The notes beneath the pieces were generated by a model that worked only from the letters and a program-made list of their open reading frames with translations, was not told where the DNA came from and did not search any database. The position numbers and the translations under genes were made by a program. From a virus (taxonomy: Duplodnaviria; Caudoviricetes), in IMG/VR virus record IMGVR_UViG_3300011338_000225, positions 1 to 35,092 of that record: DNA of 35,092 nucleotides; one strand, written 5' to 3'. Positions 19,367 to 25,490 of the stretch are shown one piece after another (positions within the stretch are counted from its first letter, which is position 1; each line of letters begins with the position of its first letter).

Positions 19367-19605
19367 TATCGCAATCCCACCATGTTGGTCGCTGTCGATG
19401 TAGCGAGAACCTTAATCGTGCGGATCGGCAATATTGTACCGACAGGAACTGCCACGAACGACACCGTCGTGCCGCCCTCCGTGATGACGTCGACGTTACC
19501 GGCACCGCCGACGTAGATGCTGGAGAATGTGTTGTTCTCGGTAGCCGATTTCGTGATGGCTACAGCATCGCCTGCCGTGCGCCCGTTAAACAAGAATGAA
19601 GTCAT
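19366..19605 (-). CDS. Head spike base-like protein (RcGTA Rcc01079 family)
   Basis: DAVAIT...IYVGGAGNV...GTTVSF..VPVGTILPIR..KVLATSTATNMVGL. Confidence 0.75.
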   Translation of the reverse strand: MTSFLFNGRTAGDAVAITKSATENNTFSSIYVGGAGNVDVITEGGTTVSFVAVPVGTILPIRTIKVLATSTATNMVGLR

Positions 19606-19656
19606 GTCGCGTCCCCTTTGTGGGTATGTAAATCAATGCCGCGCAAGTTACACGGT

Positions 19657-21057
19657 TCAGACGACACCCGCAAGGTTTCGCCGCAGCGGCTTGCCCTTGA
19701 GCCACGACGACGCCCTGCCGCCCACCAGCGCGGCGTTCCCCGCAAACGTCAGGCACAGCGCGTCGGCGAGATCGGGCGAGCGCATACCGCGCTTGCGCAT
19801 CAGGTCTTTCGATTCCACGACGATCTTGCCGGTGCTGGTGAACGTGTACCTCGGCGCGACAAGCTCGTGCCGCAGCGATGCGTCGTTCGGTATCTTTACG
19901 CCCCGTGTTGACAGCCAGTCGCGCACCGACAGCCACAGCTCGTCGCGCAGCCGGTTGGCGTTAGGGTTCATGGCTGACGTTTCCGCGACATTCACGTCGC
20001 GTACGTTATAACCCATCTCGCGCAGGCGATCAGCGACGCCCGATCCGAGGCCGATTGTGTCGACGCATATCTCGTCGGGCCGGTCGATGTTGGCCTCGTT
20101 CACGATTGCGCCGACGAGCTGCATCAAGTCGAGGCCACCCCACGACTTCACCTCGATCACGACATTCCCACGGCGCTTGCACAACGCCGACCGGTCAGAC
20201 CCGAAGCGTGCGACGTCGACGCCGTACACCATCACGTCCTGCTCAGTGCCCGACACGTCACGCGTCATCGCGCTGTCGACGATCTCTGCCGCTATAAGCG
20301 TATCGTCGTCGGCTACGGCAAACTCGCCCAGCACTCGGATGCGGTAGGCGTTGCTCTCCTCACCATACGTGGCCCTGATCTGGTCGACGAAGTCCGCCGC
20401 CACCAACGCGTTATCGACGCAGCTTACGTGCATCGTGTCCCAGTCGCTCGCCAGCTCGTGGTGCGTCTTGTAAAACATACCGCTATTTCGCGTCGGGTTG
20501 CCGATCAGGATCGTGCAGGCCGAGTGTCCCGACATCGAGCCAGCCGCAGCCTCGTACACGGCCTCAGGCACGGCTGAAGCCTCGTCGATGATCAGCAATA
20601 CGTGCTCGCTGTGGATACCCGCGAGAGCCTCTGGCCGGTCGGACGACGACGTGCGTGCCGATGCGAACGAACTCTCGGGCGCACCCTTCAGCGCAATTCG
20701 GTCGCTGAACACGTCGAAGCTATCGCGCAGCACTGGGGGCAGGCGGTTGACCTGTGCCTTCAACTCGGAGAAGAGCGCGTCAAACAACTGCCCGGCGGTG
20801 GGTGCCGTCATCACGGTCTTCTGCGGGAAGCGCGTACACATGAACCATACGACGGCCCACGCACACACCGTGCTCTTACCGACACCGTGACCGGCGCGGA
20901 TGCTGATGCGTCGGCGACCGGCGGCGACCTTGCGCAGGGCGTCCTCCTGCCACTTGGTCGGCGACTGGCCCAGCACGTCGCGCACGAAGCCGACGGGGTT
21001 GCTGCGGTAGAGTGTTATGAAATCGTCGAACGTAGATGCTGCATCAGTACCGGCCAT
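19657..21057 (-). CDS. terL: Terminase large subunit
   Basis: Walker A GHGVGKS, Walker B LLIIDEAS, GNPT, nuclease motifs GVDVARFGSD and SPDLADA. Confidence 0.96.
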   Translation of the reverse strand: MAGTDAASTFDDFITLYRSNPVGFVRDVLGQSPTKWQEDALRKVAAGRRRISIRAGHGVGKSTVCAWAVVWFMCTRFPQKTVMTAPTAGQLFDALFSELKAQVNRLPPVLRDSFDVFSDRIALKGAPESSFASARTSSSDRPEALAGIHSEHVLLIIDEASAVPEAVYEAAAGSMSGHSACTILIGNPTRNSGMFYKTHHELASDWDTMHVSCVDNALVAADFVDQIRATYGEESNAYRIRVLGEFAVADDDTLIAAEIVDSAMTRDVSGTEQDVMVYGVDVARFGSDRSALCKRRGNVVIEVKSWGGLDLMQLVGAIVNEANIDRPDEICVDTIGLGSGVADRLREMGYNVRDVNVAETSAMNPNANRLRDELWLSVRDWLSTRGVKIPNDASLRHELVAPRYTFTSTGKIVVESKDLMRKRGMRSPDLADALCLTFAGNAALVGGRASSWLKGKPLRRNLAGVV

Positions 21058-21532
21058 CGTTGCTCCCCTTCAGGCGTAGCTGCACGCCCAAGCGTTTAGC
21101 TATATCGCGTAGTTGATGCAATGGCAGTCCCGTCATGCGCTGCACGTCAACCTGATACGCGCCAGCTATAAGCATCTCTATCGCGAGGGGCGGCACCTCG
21201 TAATTGTGTGCGTTCCTCGCCCTGTTCTTGCGCGACATGTCACGCATATTCTCGATCTGCGTCGCCGCAAACAGGTGGTCTGGGTTCACGCACAGCTTCA
21301 CGTCGCAGCTGTGGCAGACGTACAAGCCATCTGGTATTTCGCCGTGCGCAATCTGGTACGCGATGCGGTGTGCCTTGGCGCTGATCCGCCTGCCGCCGTC
21401 CGTGATCACCATCATGCCATACCCGCCCTGCGATATCGTGCCCGTCCACACGTGGCACCCATCCTCGCGCACGATGACCTTGCGCGTGAGGTGGTCGATC
21501 TGCTTCACGCGCAGCGGTATACGCTCACCCAT
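21044..21532 (-). CDS. HNH endonuclease
   Basis: CHVWTG...GYG...AHRIAY..AHGEIPDG..VCHSCD...CVNPDHL...N; overlaps terL start. Confidence 0.92.
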   Translation of the reverse strand: MGERIPLRVKQIDHLTRKVIVREDGCHVWTGTISQGGYGMMVITDGGRRISAKAHRIAYQIAHGEIPDGLYVCHSCDVKLCVNPDHLFAATQIENMRDMSRKNRARNAHNYEVPPLAIEMLIAGAYQVDVQRMTGLPLHQLRDIAKRLGVQLRLKGSNDGRY

Positions 21533-21575
21533 ATCGTGTCCCGCCACATGAAAACGCGTCACGTATACCACAACT

Positions 21576-21613
21576 TTGTGAAATTTCGTGACGCGTTGTG
21601 AAATATCGTGACG
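21576..21613. repeat. Tandem 18-bp repeat, period 20
   Basis: TTGTGAAAT(T/A)TCGTGACG at 21576-21593 and 21596-21613. Confidence 0.85.
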
Positions 21614-21635
21614 GGTGGGGGGGGTGGGGGTAAAG

Positions 21636-22193
21636 TTATGGCTGCAGCTTAGCCTCGATCACGCGGTACACGGACGACCTCGCGATGCCCAAGCGCTTGG
21701 CGATCTGCGTGGGCGCGATGCCCTGCGCGATAAGCTCGACGACGGCGTCGCCCTTGGCCATCGCCGTCGGCTTGCGGCCGAGGTACTTCCCGTCGCGCTT
21801 CGCCTTCGCGATGCCCTCACGCTGGCGCTCCAGCATCATCTCACGCTCGAACTGCGCCACGCTGCCGATCACGTTGAGCATCAGCTTGCCCGTGGGCGTC
21901 TGCGTGTCGAGGTTCATTGCGAGGATGCGTAGGGATGCGCCGCACTTCTCGATGCGGTCGACGATGCCGACGAGGTCGCCCACAGAGCGTGCTAGCCGGT
22001 CGAGCTTCGTCACGATGAGCACGTCTCCATCTCGCAAGTAGTCGAGCGCGGCGTCGAGTTGCTCGCGCTTGGCGACCGATGACACTTGCTCGGCGAAGAT
22101 GCGCTCGGCTCCGGCTGCGGCTAAGTCGCGCTGCTGTGCCTCGTATCCGGCGACCTGTTCCGTGGTGCTTGTGCGGGTGTATCCAATTTGCAT
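21636..22193 (-). CDS. Small serine recombinase (resolvase/invertase family) with C-terminal HTH
   Basis: GYTRTST..Q catalytic motif, VTKLDRLARS, ERQREGIAKAK..GKY.GRKP, IAKRLGIARSSVYR; GAGGA RBS before ATG 22193. Confidence 0.96.
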   Translation of the reverse strand: MQIGYTRTSTTEQVAGYEAQQRDLAAAGAERIFAEQVSSVAKREQLDAALDYLRDGDVLIVTKLDRLARSVGDLVGIVDRIEKCGASLRILAMNLDTQTPTGKLMLNVIGSVAQFEREMMLERQREGIAKAKRDGKYLGRKPTAMAKGDAVVELIAQGIAPTQIAKRLGIARSSVYRVIEAKLQP

Positions 22194-22330
22194 TTCGTGT
22201 TCCTCTCGCGTTTGCGTGTGTGGTGTGCGGGGGGTCACTGCAGCAGCCGCCCCCGCCGGTCGGGGGTGCCGGGGGGGGGTCTGGCGCGTTCCCGCACCCG
22301 ATTCCCGCCCTGCACCGCCAAGCCTTAGAC

Positions 22331-22359
22331 GTTATCGGACATCGCGTCCCATATGTCAA
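22331..22359 (-). promoter_or_regulatory. Sigma70-type promoter upstream of recombinase gene
   Basis: TTGACA-17 nt-GATAAC on minus strand. Confidence 0.6.
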
Positions 22360-22417
22360 GCACCGTTTCAGTGGGACGATATCCGTTGTCCCGCCTCATG
22401 TCCCGCATGAGCAAGCT

Positions 22418-22843
22418 CTATTCGGACGCAACGTGGTCAATCGTTATCGCTTCGCTTGTGGCGCGTGCCTTGTCATTCAAGCGCTTAAGCGCGTCGAGAT
22501 GCATAACGTGTGTATGTTCAACCGCCACGTCCACGTTGACCTGTTGCTTCACCTTGCCAATTGTCCGATCAAGTATTTCCTTTGCCGCGCCCAATGCCGC
22601 ACCATGATTTTCGCTTTCCAGCAATCTTGCGAGCGTGGCGATTGCGGGCGCGGAGAGCGCGTCAATCGCGCGTTTTAACTCTAATTGCTTACGAGTAAAC
22701 CCACCCGCATTAATGGCAACGGAACCCTTTGCAATGCGCCCTTTTTTATCTCTCGTCACATTCTTGCTTACGGGTTCTAACGCTTTGCCATTACCCGCAA
22801 TGCCATTATCGTGAAATTCTATTGCGTCAAGTTCATCATTCAT
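22418..22843 (-). CDS. terS: Probable terminase small subunit
   Basis: 141 aa, RDKKGRI.KG...N.GG N-terminal motif, AAKEILDRTIGK helix, first gene of packaging operon; GGAG RBS. Confidence 0.7.
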   Translation of the reverse strand: MNDELDAIEFHDNGIAGNGKALEPVSKNVTRDKKGRIAKGSVAINAGGFTRKQLELKRAIDALSAPAIATLARLLESENHGAALGAAKEILDRTIGKVKQQVNVDVAVEHTHVMHLDALKRLNDKARATSEAITIDHVASE

Positions 22844-22877
22844 CGAATATTTCTCCGCTTTTCCCGCTATTCGCGCA

Positions 22878-22907
22878 ATAAAAAACCCCGCACGAAACGG
22901 GGTTTTT
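22878..22907 (-). terminator. Rho-independent terminator, potentially bidirectional
   Basis: AAAAACCCCG-cacgaaa-CGGGGTTTTT. Confidence 0.85.
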
Positions 22908-22930
22908 GTAACACGATTGCACAGCGCTTG

Positions 22931-23185
22931 TCACATTATGCGCGTTCCGGTTGATATCGGCTTGCGCAATTTTCCAGATTGATAAGCGCTTGCAAGCTCG
23001 ATCAATGCCATGCGATTGACCGCGTCACGCTTGCGATTATACCGCCATTGAAAGAGCTTTCGTTTATCTTGCATAGCAAGGCGCAGCGCTGCGGGGAGGC
23101 CGAATTGCCACGCGTGGTATCGCAACAGCGTACGCCTTTCGATTGCCAGAATAAATTTTGCCGCTATTTGTTTTTCGATTGTCAT
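22931..23185 (-). CDS. Hypothetical basic protein (84 aa)
   Basis: GGAG RBS before ATG 23185 (MTIEKQIAAK). Confidence 0.65.
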   Translation of the reverse strand: MTIEKQIAAKFILAIERRTLLRYHAWQFGLPAALRLAMQDKRKLFQWRYNRKRDAVNRMALIELASAYQSGKLRKPISTGTRIM

Positions 23186-23264
23186 TATAAACTCCACAAA
23201 ACGATTGCCAGGATGAATGAGCCTAAACAGGCAAGCTCAAAGATATCTTCTAAAATTGACCGTA

Positions 23265-24023
23265 TCATGCTGCTATCCTAATTTCCTGATAATCCCGAAC
23301 AACGAAAGCGGAATTGCTTTTCTTTAATTTATTCCCTTTTGCTTTTAATCCGACGACAACGCCGCCCCGTTTATCCATATGACGCAAGTCATGTTCGTCG
23401 CCATTAATGACTTCGAAGCCATGCCATTGGCTTGGCAATTCATTCGCGAATATCACAGCGACATTGTGGCCGGCGCGCAATGCATCGATGCTTTCACTTT
23501 CGTTGTTCTCATGCCGCGATAATGTGAGATAGTAATTCGCTGGCAATTTACGGTACAATCTGGAAGCGTTTTTCGTATAATCAACAAATTGGATGTCGGG
23601 AAAGATTGCCATAATATTCTTGTAAATCACACCATTGTGCGAGCACGCTATGCCTTCCCATGCGATATCAGTAGAGCCATTTAGGCGCACGCATAACTTT
23701 AAATTTTTATCGTTCGCGGCTTTGATACCGTTTATAATCGATTTCACGATATCTTCTAAATATCCTTTCCGATCATTCATAAACCGTTGCGCTTTATCAA
23801 TTCGAGATTGTCGAACTTTATTAATATCGCGCTCATTCTTTACCATTGCTGCTTGACCTGAATGCCAGCCAAGGCAATGAGCGATACATTCTGGACTAGC
23901 ATGAGAACATAAATTCTTGCCAGATAGAGAATGAGGTGCCATATAATGGATAGCATTGTAATATCCAAATTCAATTGCCTTGATTGCCTTCGCGCTATCG
24001 AATGAAAATATTTTATTCTGCAT
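23265..24023 (-). CDS. Gp88-family protein
   Basis: C-x6-C-x3-C, VRLNGSTDI.W, FPDIQFVDYTK, NVAVIF, NGDEHDLR..D...VVGLKAKG. Confidence 0.8.
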   Translation of the reverse strand: MQNKIFSFDSAKAIKAIEFGYYNAIHYMAPHSLSGKNLCSHASPECIAHCLGWHSGQAAMVKNERDINKVRQSRIDKAQRFMNDRKGYLEDIVKSIINGIKAANDKNLKLCVRLNGSTDIAWEGIACSHNGVIYKNIMAIFPDIQFVDYTKNASRLYRKLPANYYLTLSRHENNESESIDALRAGHNVAVIFANELPSQWHGFEVINGDEHDLRHMDKRGGVVVGLKAKGNKLKKSNSAFVVRDYQEIRIAA

Positions 24024-24120
24024 TTTCTTTCCCTTTTTTCTTTTAACCGTTTCGGTACCCCTTACTTCTCACGCTCCCCCATCAAATAAAACCCCTTTCG
24101 TGTCCCAAAAACATGTGCTA

Positions 24121-24155
24121 GACCCATTTTGGGTCACTGACCCATTTTGGGTCAC
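24121..24155. repeat. Tandem palindromic 17-bp repeat, period 18
   Basis: GACCCATTTTGGGTCAC at 24121-24137 and 24139-24155. Confidence 0.92.
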
Positions 24156-24201
24156 GGCGATGGTTTTGTGGCTGCAGCTTTATTTTGAGCGGCCCGTTCA
24201 T

Positions 24202-24333
24202 TCTGAGGGTAACCGTCACCCCACAACCAGAATCGTTAGAATTGATTTGCCCGGCGTTCGGCGCATCCCGAATCGCACCACGCGGTAATCTGAGGGTAAC
24301 CGTCACCCTGTGACCAGAATCGTTAGAATTGAT
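24202..24333. repeat. Two 45-bp direct repeats separated by 42 bp
   Basis: TCTGAGGGTAACCGTCACCC-NNNN-ACCAGAATCGTTAGAATTGAT at 24202-24246 and 24289-24333. Confidence 0.93.
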
Positions 24334-24462
24334 CCGCCAACCATTTCCCAATCCACAACAGAGAAGCCCGTACAGCCTCACCAGCATGCTCTCCGGTACA
24401 CACCTACCAGACACCCCCACCAATCCCGCTGTACGGCCTCCTAATGCGATCTACGAGGCCTC

Positions 24463-25059
24463 CTAAAACGGTATCTCGTCGTCGATCTCGCGACCGAGTT
24501 TCGTCTGCCGTATCGCGACCACCTCCGCGCCTGCGAATGTCGCCTTCACCGCATCCGTGATCCGCGTCCGATACTCGTTATACGCCAGCAGCAATTCGTT
24601 CAGCGACACGACACGCGCGGCATTGTCCGACACACGAGCGACAGCGTCAACGTCCGCCCTGTCGAACACCATGGTCCACGCCTCGCCCTTCCACATAATC
24701 GACCAGCCGGTCGGCTGTGGCGCGTGACCCGCCGCGAACGGCGCGTGACCCGCCGCGACGGCCTCATCCTCCATCGCCTGCCACGCACGCTGCATGATCG
24801 CCGCGTCTCGGGCCACGCCCTCCGCGTTGTTCATCGCGATGGCGTCATCGAGGCGCTTCTGCACGGCACCGACCTTCGCGGCTGTAGCCGGAGACACGAG
24901 ACGGATGAGCCGCTCGCAACCCCACCTCCCCTCGAACTCCTTCGCCGTCCGGTCGAGCGGCTCGAGAGCGTACTGCACGTCGCGTGCTCTGGCCTGCGCC
25001 AAGTGGAACTCCTGATCGCCGATGATCACGCGCTGCGTCTTCGCTGCTGCTTTCGCCAT
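24463..25059 (-). CDS. Hypothetical protein with SSB-like C-terminal tail
   Basis: GGAGG RBS, ATG 25059, ends IDDEIPF. Confidence 0.8.
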   Translation of the reverse strand: MAKAAAKTQRVIIGDQEFHLAQARARDVQYALEPLDRTAKEFEGRWGCERLIRLVSPATAAKVGAVQKRLDDAIAMNNAEGVARDAAIMQRAWQAMEDEAVAAGHAPFAAGHAPQPTGWSIMWKGEAWTMVFDRADVDAVARVSDNAARVVSLNELLLAYNEYRTRITDAVKATFAGAEVVAIRQTKLGREIDDEIPF

Positions 25060-25313
25060 CACTGCCTCCCGTACTTCGGCGAGAACTCTCCGCACCACGC
25101 ATCATCCGCAACTGTCGGCCAGTCGCTCGACCCCTGAATGAACGGCGTCTTCGGCTCCGGCACCAGCACGACCGTAAACGTCGGCGGCATCCTGCGGCAC
25201 TCCCCGATGATCTCTCCCGCATCATCCTGCTCGTCGTCGCGACACCAGTAGCGACACTCACCACACGTCCCGATCACTTGCCTCGCATCTGGCTGCATCT
25301 TGTCACGCTGCAT
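25059..25313 (-). CDS. Small Cys-rich protein
   Basis: GGGAG RBS; CGECRYW...GECRRMPP...WP.V....WCGEF; TGATG coupling. Confidence 0.75.
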   Translation of the reverse strand: MQRDKMQPDARQVIGTCGECRYWCRDDEQDDAGEIIGECRRMPPTFTVVLVPEPKTPFIQGSSDWPTVADDAWCGEFSPKYGRQ

Positions 25314-25334
25314 CTTATCTCCCTTTCCCAAACC

Positions 25335-25490
25335 TAAAGTGTCACGCCCCTTAAATGTCACGATCCAGCTAGTGTGACATTATACCCCCCCTCTAAAGAG
25401 GGGGGTATGATAAATGTCACGCTAACTGTCACATCGCAGAAACCTTAAATGTCACGATGTCACGCTAAATGTCACGCTTAAATGTCACGC
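25335..25490. other. Probable replication origin (iterons plus hairpin)
   Basis: Five exact TAAATGTCACG copies, further TGTCAC cores, one inverted copy, CCCCCCTC-taaa-GAGGGGGG hairpin; directly downstream of primase-helicase. Confidence 0.75.

Noticed and set aside
21044-22417. Intron or intein interrupting terL
   Set aside because: terL is continuous with all motifs; HNH and recombinase are free-standing upstream genes
21639-24180. 12-bp match TGGCTGCAGCTT at 21639-21650 and 24169-24180 as a target-site duplication
   Set aside because: One copy is inside the recombinase coding end and the interval includes core terS; plausibly chance
24202-24333. CRISPR array
   Set aside because: Only two repeats, 45 bp long with internal differences, and no cas genes; kept as an unexplained repeat
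24118-24423. 101-aa ORF with repeated INSNDSG..VTVTLR
   Set aside because: Protein repeats simply mirror the DNA repeats, and the region looks regulatory; coding not excluded but unsupported
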